Position numbers and translations under genes: made by a program
In this document: one piece after another, positions 48,035 to 58,439 of the stretch
Layout of the letters: the number at the start of each line of letters is the position of its first letter
How positions within the stretch are numbered: position 1 is the first letter of the stretch
The notes under the pieces: generated by a model
What the model was told of the DNA's origin: nothing
The model's input: the letters and a program-made list of their open reading frames with translations, nothing else
Database searches by the model: none
Assembly: GCA_965601925.1 (NCBI GenBank)
Contig: OZ271854.1
Location: 2,592,001 to 2,656,000, forward strand
Source of the DNA: Alkalispirochaeta sp.
Lineage (GTDB): Bacteria > Spirochaetota > Spirochaetia > DSM-27196 > Alkalispirochaetaceae
Direction: 5' to 3'
DNA: 64,000 bases

Positions 48035-49030
48035 TTACGAAGGCGTGCCGTCGGTCTCGCGAAGCACTCGCGTTCCGGTGCCTATCCCCGAGACGATGGG
48101 TGGTGCGTCGCATAGCGGCGCCATCTCGCGGCACAGATATTCTGCATCGTCTTTGAGCGTGACAACCTTTACCTGAGGACCCGCATCCATCGTCTCCCAG
48201 TAGCCGAATCCGCGCTTGCGCAACTCAGCGAGGCGGTGGAGCACATCAATCGAGGAGGGGAGCCAGTAGAGTACCGGTTCGTCGGCCGATAGCATCGTCG
48301 CGAACATTCGCATGTAGCTCCGGCGCATGACGGTTCCCAGCGCCTCTATATCGCGACGTGCCGCGGCTTCGCACGCCGCCGCGTATAGCGTTACCGAGTC
48401 GCGAACCCACGAGCGGTAGTACGGCGAGGTGTCGCGCGTGAGATTCATCGCCTCGCGCGACGATATCGGCTTTTCGGCGGTACTGAGCGGTAACACGACG
48501 ACCCGTAGGTCGGGCCACCAGTCGGCGGGATACAGTTGGCGCGCCGACTCAGTTCCCGCCTCCCATACGGTAAAGCCGCCGAAGATACTCCGGGCCGCCG
48601 AGCCGGACCCCAGTCGCGCGAGGCGCGAGAGGGCCGACAAATCCTCCACCGAGACGCCGGCCGCGGCAACCGTGGAAACGGAGAGCGCTGCAAAACCACT
48701 GGCGGAACTCGCGAGGCCGGCTGCGGTGGGAAAGTTGTTGTGCGACTCGACCGAGAACCCGCGCGGCGGCGGCGCATTCCGGCTCACCAGCCACGATCTC
48801 ACCTCGTCGAGAAACGAGTAGAGTCGCCCCTCCTCGACCGATACGCCGTCTATCGCAACGCGATCCTCGTCGGTCGTATGGGTCCGAGTAACGGTGTGGA
48901 GCGCCTCCAGTGAGACGGCGAGGCTACTGGTTGCGGGGATGTTCACCCCCCCGCGCCGTTTTCCCCAGTATTTTACGAGGGCGAGGGACGGGTGCGCTAT
49001 CGCCGTTGCCGACGTTTCGACGCTCATCAC
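48035..49030 (-). CDS. mvaD: Diphosphomevalonate decarboxylase
   Basis: ALVKYWGK, PTAAGLASSASG, GSGSAARS, MDAGPQVK. Confidence 0.95.
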   Translation of the reverse strand: MMSVETSATAIAHPSLALVKYWGKRRGGVNIPATSSLAVSLEALHTVTRTHTTDEDRVAIDGVSVEEGRLYSFLDEVRSWLVSRNAPPPRGFSVESHNNFPTAAGLASSASGFAALSVSTVAAAGVSVEDLSALSRLARLGSGSAARSIFGGFTVWEAGTESARQLYPADWWPDLRVVVLPLSTAEKPISSREAMNLTRDTSPYYRSWVRDSVTLYAAACEAAARRDIEALGTVMRRSYMRMFATMLSADEPVLYWLPSSIDVLHRLAELRKRGFGYWETMDAGPQVKVVTLKDDAEYLCREMAPLCDAPPIVSGIGTGTRVLRETDGTPS

Positions 49031-49051
49031 GCGCGTGTACGAGGCGGCGCG

Positions 49052-50365
49052 CTAACGCTCTTGTCGAAACTCACGCAGGAGCTCATGCGCCGTCTCGATG
49101 TTGAAGACACCGCGATCCCAGACACGACCGGCGAGAACTTGGATCTCCTCATCCCGTGCACCGGCCTTCCACGCGAGACGGCGTGCGTGTTGGCGCATGT
49201 GTCCCTTTTGAATTCCCTCTCCCACGAGGGCCATCAGTGCGGCGAGGTTCTGCGCCAATCCCAGAGCCGCGGCGACGCGACTCAGACGATCGGCCGTCGG
49301 CTCCACGTCGGGGTCCATGAACAGGATTTTGAGGGCAAAGCTCGTGACCGGGTGAAAACCCACGGCGCCGCCCACCGTTCCCATCGCCAACGGCATCTCG
49401 ATCGATCCCGTGAGGCGATCGTCTTCAATGCGGTACTCGGTAAGGGCGCGATACGTTCCGCTACGAGCGGCGTACGCGTGGGCGGCCGCTTCGATCGCCC
49501 GCGTATCGTTGCCCGTTGCGAGGGCGAGGGAGGTGACGCCGTTCATGACCCCTTTGTTGTGCGTCACCGCTCGCAACGGATCGGCGTCGGCAAATTGGTT
49601 GGCGCGCTCGATGCGCTTCGCCATGGTCGCTCCGTCGAACGGTCCACGGCTCAGCTTGCCGACGGGGATCGAAAAGCCGGCGCGAGCGCGACGGCGCGGC
49701 GCGGCATTGGTCAGAATTGCCATAAGTACCGTGCCGCCGCTCAACCGCTCCAGAGAGCCTCGGAGCGCTTCGGCGGCGGTGTTGATGATGTTGGCGCCCA
49801 TGGCGTCGCGCGTATCGACGTGGAGATAGACGATTAAGAGCCCGCTCTCCTCGAGGAGCGAGACCTCGATGCCGCGATACCCGCCGCCGCGGCGCGTCAT
49901 CGGACCCAGGATATCCACCAGTTCGGCGTGTAGCGCCTTCTCGGCCGCGCAAATACGTTCCGCGGAGCCGTCGGATGCGCCGTCGATGGCGATTTGGGCC
50001 GTCATAATCTGGCCGGTGGAACTGGTGCGAAACCCATCTCCCCCGCGCGACGCCAGGCGTCCCGCGTACGTGGCCGCCGCGACGACCGACGGCTCTTCGA
50101 CGGCCATCGGAATATTGAAGATGCGTCCGTCGATCGATATGCCGCTGGCCACACCCATGGGAACCGGCATGAGTCCGACGGCGGACTCGACCATTACGTC
50201 GGCAAGATCGATAAGACCCTCGCCGCCGAAGGAACTGACCAACTCATCCCGGCTTAGATCGAGGAGGTCGGAGAGAGCCTCGCGTTTTTGCCGGACGTTG
50301 AGTTTGCGAAAGTTCTGAGGAAGCTCAATCACATCCTCGTTGAGTGTAAAAGCCGTATCTGCCAT
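49052..50365 (-). CDS. mvaA: HMG-CoA reductase, class II
   Basis: EEPSVVAA, DAMGAN, THNKGVMNG, TGNDTRA, GIQKGHM. Confidence 0.95.
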   Translation of the reverse strand: MADTAFTLNEDVIELPQNFRKLNVRQKREALSDLLDLSRDELVSSFGGEGLIDLADVMVESAVGLMPVPMGVASGISIDGRIFNIPMAVEEPSVVAAATYAGRLASRGGDGFRTSSTGQIMTAQIAIDGASDGSAERICAAEKALHAELVDILGPMTRRGGGYRGIEVSLLEESGLLIVYLHVDTRDAMGANIINTAAEALRGSLERLSGGTVLMAILTNAAPRRRARAGFSIPVGKLSRGPFDGATMAKRIERANQFADADPLRAVTHNKGVMNGVTSLALATGNDTRAIEAAAHAYAARSGTYRALTEYRIEDDRLTGSIEMPLAMGTVGGAVGFHPVTSFALKILFMDPDVEPTADRLSRVAAALGLAQNLAALMALVGEGIQKGHMRQHARRLAWKAGARDEEIQVLAGRVWDRGVFNIETAHELLREFRQER

Positions 50366-50388
50366 GGTGCGTTCCTCTAAAATCTCCC

Positions 50389-51486
50389 TCACTCTACCGA
50401 TATCGGTTCGAAAACGGCGTCGCGGAGCGCCTGTGCATCGTGTCGAAGCGCGTGCTCCAGCCATATGGGTGCGGTGTGCAGATCGGCGATGCGTCGGCAC
50501 CCGCTGAGCGTCATCGCCGTGCGAATAACATAATCCAGGCGTCGACCAAATTCTATCGCTCTGTTGATCCCGCCTTCGGCCACCGCGCGAACGAAGGGTA
50601 GGGCGAGTCCTACCGCCTCGGCCCCCAGCATGAGGGCGCGGACAACGTCCATGCCGGTACGTATCCCGCCCGAAGCGAGTATGCCGCGTTGGTCTCGCCC
50701 GATAGCGGCCAACAAGAGACCGGTCGGCAGACCCCACTCGTCGAACTCTTCCGCGGCGACCGAGGCCACCGGATCGTCGTGTCGATACGCCTCCACGCGG
50801 ACCCAGTTCGTTCCCCCCGAACCGGCGACATCGACGTACGCGGCTCCCGCCTCAAGCAATGTCTGAACTTCCCCCGGATTGATACCGAACCCCGTCTCCT
50901 TGACCAACACCGCCACCGGCGAGCGCTCGATGAAGCGGCGTAACGCGTCCATGATCCCGGTGAAAGAGGTGTCGCCTCCGGGTTGAAAGATCTCCTGAGC
51001 GGGATTGAGGTGTACCGCGATACCGTCGACCCCGAGTGTCTCCGTCATACGAAAGATTTCATCGTGCGACATCTGGGGAAGCTGTACCGCACCGATATTG
51101 GTAAAGACCGGAACGTCGGGAGCATACCGTTTGATGCGGAAGTGGTCCAGCACGTCGGGCTTGCGAAAAAGAATCCGCATCGAACCCATGCCCACCGGAA
51201 TACCGAGCTCCTCGGCGACCGCCGCGAGGTCTTTGTTGGTCTGGTATCCCGCTGCGCTCCCTCCGGTCATCGAAGAGATAAACACCGGCATCGCGACGCG
51301 ATGGCCCAAAAAGTCGATGGATGGGTCGGCCTCGGCGGCGTCGACCTCCGGTAGGGAGCGATGAACCGGATGTACCTCTTCCAAGCGCGTCGTGCCGGTC
51401 TCGACACGGTACCGTCCGTCGTCGAGGCAGATCTCAAGGTGTTGCGTTTTTCGACGGCTCATGTCCGAGCCGTTTTCTCTATTCAT
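50389..51486 (-). CDS. fni: Type 2 isopentenyl-diphosphate isomerase (FMN)
   Basis: RK..H, SMTGG, HLNPAQE..QP.GD, VKETGFG, GGTNW, ASGGIR. Confidence 0.95.
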   Translation of the reverse strand: MNRENGSDMSRRKTQHLEICLDDGRYRVETGTTRLEEVHPVHRSLPEVDAAEADPSIDFLGHRVAMPVFISSMTGGSAAGYQTNKDLAAVAEELGIPVGMGSMRILFRKPDVLDHFRIKRYAPDVPVFTNIGAVQLPQMSHDEIFRMTETLGVDGIAVHLNPAQEIFQPGGDTSFTGIMDALRRFIERSPVAVLVKETGFGINPGEVQTLLEAGAAYVDVAGSGGTNWVRVEAYRHDDPVASVAAEEFDEWGLPTGLLLAAIGRDQRGILASGGIRTGMDVVRALMLGAEAVGLALPFVRAVAEGGINRAIEFGRRLDYVIRTAMTLSGCRRIADLHTAPIWLEHALRHDAQALRDAVFEPISVE

Positions 51487-52757
51487 GGGCGAGCGTACTC
51501 GTACTGCCGGTATCCGTCCTCTCGTATCGCGCCGAGATAGTATTCACCGCCCGGGATCTGCGCGCCGTTACTCACCTCTCCATGTTCCAACTCGTATACT
51601 TCCCGTTCTACGAAGGTGCTGTATCGGTCGAATGAGGCCTCCTCGTGGTTATCGAGGATGGACTGAAGGTCCCACCCGGCGAGTACCTCCGGCGCTCCCG
51701 GCGCCACCGTCGCCGCGAGGACACTCATCGTGTTTCCCGAACCGTACGATGCGATCATCACCCGTTTACCGACGATGCCGGTCCCCTCAACGCGATAGCG
51801 ATTCCAAAGAGAGAACATGAGCGCCATATAGGCCGCTCCGGAATAGATGTTGCCTATCACGCGCGACGCCTCGATCCCCTCGTTGAAATGGCGCTCCTCC
51901 AAGAAGGCGGCGGCCTCGGATGGCCCCTTCTCCAGGTGGCGTTCGACCAGCTTGGTCATTGCCGTGACCGCCATGCGGTGGAACGGCACGTGCACGACGA
52001 AAAGATCGGTCTCTCTGAGAACGTCGGCGCTTGTCATGCCGCGTCGCGTTGCGTGGTCGACGAGGGCGGCGTCGAGCGCATCGTTGTAGCAGTCCACCGA
52101 ATACCGTCCCTTTACCCGCGCGGTAATCGACGGAATCGGCCGAAAGAAGTCATCTTCATCCGAAGAGGCGTATCCGACCGCCGCAAGATCGAGCTCCAAC
52201 AGGCGCGGGTCCAGCTCGATACGCATGGCGACCGCGCCGGCACCTTGGGTAATCTCGGCGGTAGAAGGCACTTGGTATCGCGCGACGTCGGAGCAGATAA
52301 CCAGGCCCGACTCGCCGTCGCGACCGCCGTTTTGGAGCATGGATGCGACGCCCATCATCGCAATGGTCCCGCCGGCGCAGGCGTGTTGCACCTGAAAAGT
52401 CGACAGCGTACGGGGCAGCGCGATGTCGGAGCGTTGGAGGAGTCCCTGTGTGTACGCAGCGATCGGTTTCGACATATCGACGGAGGTTTCGGTTCCGACG
52501 GCGAGATAGCGGACGCCCTCGGCCGTGTTGCGATCCAGAAGCAACGGACGTGCAGCCTGGGCGGCCATCGTCACCGGGTCCTGCCACGGCGTGGGAAAAC
52601 GAATCGCCACCTGGTTGGTAGATTCGATGGCGCGACGCAGTCTCCGTTCGATGGAGGGATCCTCCTCGGCGCGTCGCTTCAGTATCGATTCTAAGGAGAT
52701 TGATTGCGACGGTACGTAGAGACTCATGTCACTGATACCCGCTCTTCTTGCTGTCAT
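51483..52757 (-). CDS. mvaS: HMG-CoA synthase
   Basis: GTETSVD.SK, HACAGG (catalytic Cys), E.TQGAGAVA, HVPF, GNIYSG, SYGSG. Confidence 0.95.
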   Translation of the reverse strand: MTARRAGISDMSLYVPSQSISLESILKRRAEEDPSIERRLRRAIESTNQVAIRFPTPWQDPVTMAAQAARPLLLDRNTAEGVRYLAVGTETSVDMSKPIAAYTQGLLQRSDIALPRTLSTFQVQHACAGGTIAMMGVASMLQNGGRDGESGLVICSDVARYQVPSTAEITQGAGAVAMRIELDPRLLELDLAAVGYASSDEDDFFRPIPSITARVKGRYSVDCYNDALDAALVDHATRRGMTSADVLRETDLFVVHVPFHRMAVTAMTKLVERHLEKGPSEAAAFLEERHFNEGIEASRVIGNIYSGAAYMALMFSLWNRYRVEGTGIVGKRVMIASYGSGNTMSVLAATVAPGAPEVLAGWDLQSILDNHEEASFDRYSTFVEREVYELEHGEVSNGAQIPGGEYYLGAIREDGYRQYEYARP

Positions 52758-52932
52758 CGTGCTTCCTCTCTTATTTCGCTGCGCAAATATACGGCCCTTG
52801 GGCCGAAAAGTACAACGCTGGAGATGTAGAGATTTACGAACGAAAGAAATCGAAAAAGATCGTGAATCGGAGAGATAACCCGAGCCGCGTATGGCGTCCT
52901 CGATCGAACCGTTCCGCGCGGTCCCGCGACCG

Positions 52933-53463
52933 TCAACGGGAAGCCCGCCCCGTCGCGTGTGCATCCAGCGCCTCCAGAAGGGCGCGTCCGTAGTCCGGAA
53001 GATCGGGCGGTCTGCGGCTCGAGACGAGATTCCCGTCGGTTATGACCGGCCGGTCGACCCACGTCGCGCCGGCGTTTTCCATATCGTCGCGAATCCCCGG
53101 CGTGCTGGTCACCGTACGACCCTTCAGAATCCCGGCGGAGATGAGCACCCAACCGGCGTGGCAGATCTGGCCGATCATCTTCCCTTCGCGGTCCATCGCG
53201 CGCACAAGTTCCAACACCGAGTCGAACCGGCGTAGTTTATCGGGAGCCCATCCTCCCGGTACCAACAGTGCGTCGTACGAGTCGGCGGCGACATCGTGAA
53301 AGGAGTGCGTGCTTTCGGCGGGGACGCCGTACTTTCCGCGATACGTCTTTGCCGCCTCGTCGCCCAGAACATCGACGGTGTGTCCCGCCTCCCTGAGACG
53401 GAATGTCGGATACCAGAACTCAAGATCTTCGAAATCGTCGTGAATCAGACTGGCAATGCGCAT
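52933..53463 (-). CDS. PfpI/DJ-1 family protein
   Basis: FEDLE, PGGWAPDKLR, ICHAGW, SSR.P.DL. Confidence 0.93.
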   Translation of the reverse strand: MRIASLIHDDFEDLEFWYPTFRLREAGHTVDVLGDEAAKTYRGKYGVPAESTHSFHDVAADSYDALLVPGGWAPDKLRRFDSVLELVRAMDREGKMIGQICHAGWVLISAGILKGRTVTSTPGIRDDMENAGATWVDRPVITDGNLVSSRRPPDLPDYGRALLEALDAHATGRASR

Positions 53464-53571
53464 AGTCAAACCTCTTTCCATCAATAATGACAAGGGAAAG
53501 GCCCTTTCGTCACGTCATGGTGTCTTTTTTCTCTTGCCACAGCCCATCCATTTTGCAACCATAGCGTGCCT

Positions 53572-54669
53572 ATGGACTACGCGGTGCTGGTATCGGGCGG
53601 CGTCGACAGCGCCGTTGCGTTACATGAACTTGCGCGGCGCGGTGAAGGAACCGTACGCGCCTACTACCTCAAAATATGGCTCGAAGACGACCTATCCTTT
53701 TTGGGCCAGTGTCCATGGGAGGAAGACTTGGACTACGCCCGTGACGTGTGTCGCGCCGCCGGCGTCCCGTTGGAGGTCGTGCCGCTGCAACGGGAGTACT
53801 ATGATCGCGTGGTGAGTTATACCGTAGCCGAGCTCAAGGAGGGGCGAACGCCTTCGCCCGATATTTTTTGTAACCAACGCATCAAGTTCGGCGCGTTCTT
53901 TGACGCGATCGGCGGTCGAGCGGACCGCATCGCGACGGGGCACTATGCGCGCGTCGTCCGCGAAAAGGACGCCGTGCGGCTCGCTATGGCGCCCGATCCC
54001 GTAAAAGACCAGACCTATTTTCTCTCGCACCTGTCCGAACGGCAGCTGCAGCGCTCGGAGTTTCCCGTCGGCGAGTTGACGAAGACGCAAGTACGTGGGC
54101 GAGCGGCCGAACTCGGTCTGAGCAACCGAAATCGCCCGGATAGTCAGGGTATCTGTTTTTTGGGAAAGATTCGCTACACCGATTTCGTGCGTCACTACTT
54201 GGGAGAGCGTGCCGGACCCATCGTCGAGGTCGAGACGGGGCGCATACTCGGCGAACACCGCGGTGCGTGGTTCTACACCATCGGCCAGCGCCAGGGGTTG
54301 GGACTCGGAAACGGTCCATGGTACGTCGTAGGCCGGGACGTCAAGACCAATCGGGTAGAGGTGTCGCACGCCGCGCGCGTCGCCGACAAGGCGCGACAAC
54401 ACTTTCGCGTCGGAGCGATTCATTGGATCTCGCCGCCCGAGGCCTCCGGCGGACTGCACCTTAAGTTGCGACACGGTCCCGAGCTCACCGGGTGCACGAT
54501 AATGAACGAGGAGTCGGCGGATATTGCATCGGCGCGGCGACTGTCGGTGCGCATGGAGAAGCCGGACCGCGGGGTCGCGCCCGGCCAATTTGCCGTCTTT
54601 TACCAGGGTGAGGTCTGTCTCGGTTCCGGTATGATTCTCGACGAAGCACCGGGGGCCCACGGTGGGTAA
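53572..54669 (+). CDS. mnmA: tRNA-specific 2-thiouridylase
   Basis: SGGVDS, PDIFCN..IKF, ATGHYA, KDQTYFL, DSQGICF, TIGQR.GL, APGQ. Confidence 0.97.
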   Translation: MDYAVLVSGGVDSAVALHELARRGEGTVRAYYLKIWLEDDLSFLGQCPWEEDLDYARDVCRAAGVPLEVVPLQREYYDRVVSYTVAELKEGRTPSPDIFCNQRIKFGAFFDAIGGRADRIATGHYARVVREKDAVRLAMAPDPVKDQTYFLSHLSERQLQRSEFPVGELTKTQVRGRAAELGLSNRNRPDSQGICFLGKIRYTDFVRHYLGERAGPIVEVETGRILGEHRGAWFYTIGQRQGLGLGNGPWYVVGRDVKTNRVEVSHAARVADKARQHFRVGAIHWISPPEASGGLHLKLRHGPELTGCTIMNEESADIASARRLSVRMEKPDRGVAPGQFAVFYQGEVCLGSGMILDEAPGAHGG

Positions 54670-55762
54670 GGCGCATAGTGCGGCATCCCTCTCGGACACA
54701 TCGGGTTCCATTGCGCCGGACGCCATCCGCCCGCGGGGTTACACCGGAAGCGGCGCGCCGGTACTCAGCGTTGCCCCGATGATGGACTGGACCGATCGCC
54801 ATTTTCGGTACTTTTTTCGCAAGATATCTCGATACTCGCTCCTGTACACGGAGATGATCACCGCGACGGCGATCATCCACGGCGACCGCGATCGACTTCT
54901 CGCCTTCGACCCCTCGGAACATCCTATCTCGCTCCAACTCGGAGGTGACGATCCGGACGCGATAAGCCGCGCGATTACGATCGCCTCGGACTACGGGTAT
55001 GACGAGTTCAATCTCAACGTCGGCTGCCCGAGTGATCGCGTGCGGAACGGACACTTCGGCGCATGTTTGATGGCGGACCCCGGTCTCGTCGCCGAGATCG
55101 CGCACGCTATGCGCGAGGCCACCGACCGGCCCGTTACCGTTAAGCACCGCATCGGTATAGACGGACGCGAACGGTACGACCAGATGGTGGAGTTCGTCGA
55201 TACGGTCGCCACCGCCGGCATTCGCCGCTTCACGGTGCACGCTCGGATCGCGATTCTTGCGGGGCTTAACCCAAAACAGAATCGGTCCGTCCCGCCCCTG
55301 CGTTACGAGGACGTCTATCGCCTCAAAAGCGACCGACCGACGTTGGAGGTGGAGATAAACGGACACATAAAGTCCCTAAGCGAGATGCGACGTCATCTCG
55401 GCCGTGTCGACGCGGTGATGATCGGTCGCGCCGCCTACGAGGATCCGTGGGCGTTCTCCTCATCCGACGCCACACTTTTCGGCGGTCGGACGCCGGAGGT
55501 AACGCGCGAGTCGGTCGTACGCGACCTGTTCGGGTATCTCGATTCCCTGGAGGCGGACGGTCACCCTCCGCGGCGGTTGACCAACCACCTCTTCGGTCTC
55601 TTTGCCGGGCGACCCGGCGCACGCGCGTGGCGGCGTGCGCTTTCCGAGGCATCGCTCCATAAGACCGGTCGCGAGATCTTGGAGCACGCTCTGGCGTCGG
55701 TTCCTCGTGAGATCCGCGAGGAGGGCCCGCGACTCGATCGGGAGCTCGCCCCGCACACGTAA
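54662..55762 (+). CDS. dusA: tRNA-dihydrouridine(20/20a) synthase
   Basis: APMMDWTDRHFR, QLGG, NLNVGCPSDRV, HAR.A.L.GL.PK.NR..PPL.Y. Confidence 0.95.
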   Translation: MGKAHSAASLSDTSGSIAPDAIRPRGYTGSGAPVLSVAPMMDWTDRHFRYFFRKISRYSLLYTEMITATAIIHGDRDRLLAFDPSEHPISLQLGGDDPDAISRAITIASDYGYDEFNLNVGCPSDRVRNGHFGACLMADPGLVAEIAHAMREATDRPVTVKHRIGIDGRERYDQMVEFVDTVATAGIRRFTVHARIAILAGLNPKQNRSVPPLRYEDVYRLKSDRPTLEVEINGHIKSLSEMRRHLGRVDAVMIGRAAYEDPWAFSSSDATLFGGRTPEVTRESVVRDLFGYLDSLEADGHPPRRLTNHLFGLFAGRPGARAWRRALSEASLHKTGREILEHALASVPREIREEGPRLDRELAPHT

Positions 55763-55793
55763 CAAAGGGATAGTGGAACTGTCGACTTTGTTC

Positions 55794-55822
55794 TTGTCTG
55801 CCCCGTTGTAACCGGGTACAAT
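55794..55822 (+). promoter_or_regulatory. Sigma70-like promoter of the MCP gene
   Basis: TTGTCT-N17-TACAAT in an AT-rich intergenic region. Confidence 0.6.
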
Positions 55823-55907
55823 GCTAACAGAGCGCTAACATCCGCTCTCTTCTCCATTGGTTCGATAAAATCGTATATAAACTGAAAGCGACAGGAAGGA
55901 GTTACCC

Positions 55908-57848
55908 GTGAAAGTGCGTTCGCAGATTAACCTTCTCGTTTTTTTACTACTAACGGTATTTGCGCTTGCGGTAGGAGGTCTGATCGTTGCCAATGCAGTG
56001 GCCGGCGTCATGGACGATCTCGAAATCAGCGCGAATGTAGCCCTAACGAACGTGTTTCGCCTCACCGACATGAACAAAGAGCTGATGGTCAACGAGCAAC
56101 CTATCGAGCGGTTGGTCGGAGACTGGAACCGTACCATCGAGGGGTTAGACGCCTCGGTGCAGGAGCTCATCAGCCATCCCGGCGTGCGATTTGCGCCGGA
56201 GCAGCTGCAGGTGGCGATTAATCGTACCGATTCGGTGTGGCAGCTTTCCAAAGAGCGATTCGAGAATGCCGAAGAGTCTCTGAGTCGCGTTCTCGCCGAC
56301 GAGAGCGTCGTGGACTTTCAGAAGAAGGGATTGCTCCTCTTTCGCCAGTGGCTCGCCGAGGACGGAGACCACGGTGCCATGCTCCTGTTGGTGACCCATC
56401 TCACATCCGACCTTCGCTCCTTCGACCTTGCCGCCAAGGACCTCGTCGTCGGCAACCTGGAGCTGGTAGCGCGCGAGGTTTCGCTGCACGCCGACGCGCT
56501 TCGTCGCCGAACGCAGATCGCGGTGGGGATTGCCGTTCCGGTCGTGACCATACTGGCGCTTCTCTTTGCCTTCTCATTCAGTCGACGTCTTACCCGTCGC
56601 GTGCAGATTATCGAGCATGCGATGGCGCGCGTCGCCGATCGTGACATCACCGTACGCGCCAACGCGCGCGGCAATGACGAGATCGCCGGTTTGGGGGGAT
56701 TCCTCGACCGGACGCTCGATGTTATCGCGGAGTTCGTCCGATCGGTGCGCGGTGCGGTGGTAAAGGCGGACGAGTTGAAGGACGGGCTGTCGGCGGGCTC
56801 CGCCGAAAGCGCCTCGGCGTTGCACGAGATCAGCCATAACATCGATTCGATCTCCTCCGAGTTCGAGCGCTTGAACACGAGTATCGAACAGACGACCGAA
56901 GCCGTGGCGGACATCGACGGTAAGATCAGAACACTCACCGAGAGCATCGGGACGCAGACGGTCGTGATCGACGAAAGCGCCTCGTCGATGGAATCGATGA
57001 ACGCCTCCATCCAAGAGGTGAGCCGACTCTCTCACGATCGCCGCGACGCGTCCGAGGCTCTCGTGAAGGTCATTCTCGACGGCGGAGACAAGATTCAGGA
57101 AACCAACGGCATCATCGATACGGTCACCGCCGAAATCGACGATATCCTCGAGATTATTGAGATCATCAACGCCGTCGCCGAGCAGACGAACCTCCTGTCG
57201 ATGAATGCGGCGATCGAGAGCGCCCACGCCGGCGAGGCCGGTAAGGGTTTTGCCGTCGTGGCCGAGGAAATTCGGAAGCTCGCCGAGAGCACGAGCGAGA
57301 ATGCTTCGCAAATAGACCGGCTCCTCAAATCGATCACCGGAAAGATGCGCGAGGCCCTCGCGGCGAGCCGTGCCGGCGCGGAGACCTTCGAGACGATCAG
57401 CCACGACGTTACCCTCTTTCGCAAGGCTATGGTCGAGATTTCCGAGAATATGAACAGTTTGAGTACCGGGAGCGTCGCCATCGTAGAGACGACAAAGCAA
57501 ATCTCCACGATCGCGCGATCGGTCAACGAGTCGGCCGGTGATATCGCTACGAACGCCCAACAGATAACCGGCGCGATGGATCAGGCCAACTCTATGTCCA
57601 CGACTATTTCCGGCGGTATGAAAGAGATCGACCACGGCGCCAAGGAGATTCTCACGGCTCTCACCGATATTTCTCGTCTCTCCGATGCGAGCAGGGATCG
57701 TATGAAGGCCCTTTCCGAGCTGGTCGACACCTTTCGCGCCGACGACGAGGATGAGGCGGCAATCGTCGAGCCCGAGGCGCAAGGCGGGGCCGAAGCGACG
57801 CTCGACGATGAGAAGGAGCCGGCGGGGAGCGTGCACGTATCGGCGTGA
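55908..57848 (+). CDS. Methyl-accepting chemotaxis protein
   Basis: Two TMs, [39 protein letters not shown]. Confidence 0.97.
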   Translation: MKVRSQINLLVFLLLTVFALAVGGLIVANAVAGVMDDLEISANVALTNVFRLTDMNKELMVNEQPIERLVGDWNRTIEGLDASVQELISHPGVRFAPEQLQVAINRTDSVWQLSKERFENAEESLSRVLADESVVDFQKKGLLLFRQWLAEDGDHGAMLLLVTHLTSDLRSFDLAAKDLVVGNLELVAREVSLHADALRRRTQIAVGIAVPVVTILALLFAFSFSRRLTRRVQIIEHAMARVADRDITVRANARGNDEIAGLGGFLDRTLDVIAEFVRSVRGAVVKADELKDGLSAGSAESASALHEISHNIDSISSEFERLNTSIEQTTEAVADIDGKIRTLTESIGTQTVVIDESASSMESMNASIQEVSRLSHDRRDASEALVKVILDGGDKIQETNGIIDTVTAEIDDILEIIEIINAVAEQTNLLSMNAAIESAHAGEAGKGFAVVAEEIRKLAESTSENASQIDRLLKSITGKMREALAASRAGAETFETISHDVTLFRKAMVEISENMNSLSTGSVAIVETTKQISTIARSVNESAGDIATNAQQITGAMDQANSMSTTISGGMKEIDHGAKEILTALTDISRLSDASRDRMKALSELVDTFRADDEDEAAIVEPEAQGGAEATLDDEKEPAGSVHVSA

Positions 57849-57903
57849 GGGGTTGGGTCGCGAGATGTGGGCATCCTCGTCCTCTTTTGTGCTACCATAG
57901 GGC

Positions 57904-58389
57904 ATGGTATTCCAACTCGGACGGCGCGGGAGCGACGGCGTCGAGAACTTTTGGAAGCGCCTCGAGGCCGAACTCGGCGAACCGATCCGGACGTACGCCT
58001 TAGGGCGCTATATTTCGGGGCGTGAAGAAGCGGGACCGTTGTGGGGCCTTCTCTACGTGACGGCACACACGTTGTACTTTCAGCACTTTGCCCAGACTAA
58101 CTGGTTTTCATCGATCGTTCGATCGGGCGTGAGCGACGATGAGGAGGTATCGCGCAATCCCAGGGAACGTAATCTGCGATTTGAGATACCGCTCCAACAA
58201 GTGGCCCAGCTTGTAACACCCGAGCCCGACGGCTTCTTCGAGCGCCTCTTTCGTTCCAACCAGCCGGTATATCGGTTGCGCTCGGTGTACGAGTCGGCCC
58301 CGGCGTTCGTATTCTCGGTGGACAACCGTGAGGATGAGTTCGTCTCGGAACTACAAACGGTGTTAGCGGAGTTGCACGACGTCCGATAG
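57904..58389 (+). CDS. Hypothetical protein (possibly PH/GRAM-like fold)
   Basis: GLLYVT...LYF and FEIPL..V patterns; coding-like composition. Confidence 0.6.
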   Translation: MVFQLGRRGSDGVENFWKRLEAELGEPIRTYALGRYISGREEAGPLWGLLYVTAHTLYFQHFAQTNWFSSIVRSGVSDDEEVSRNPRERNLRFEIPLQQVAQLVTPEPDGFFERLFRSNQPVYRLRSVYESAPAFVFSVDNREDEFVSELQTVLAELHDVR

Positions 58390-58421
58390 CGTCTCCCGCG
58401 CGTACGTGCTCGGGAGACGCT
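58388..58421. terminator. Hairpin between convergent genes, possible bidirectional terminator
   Basis: AGCGTCTCCCG...CGGGAGACGCT 11-bp stem; no U tract. Confidence 0.45.
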
Positions 58422-58439
58422 GTCGAGTGAGTGCGTCTC

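Noticed and set aside
55823..55870. Sigma28 (FliA) promoter for the MCP gene
   Set aside because: TTCGATAA resembles the -10 element but no TAAA lies at the right spacing; a sigma70 promoter fits better
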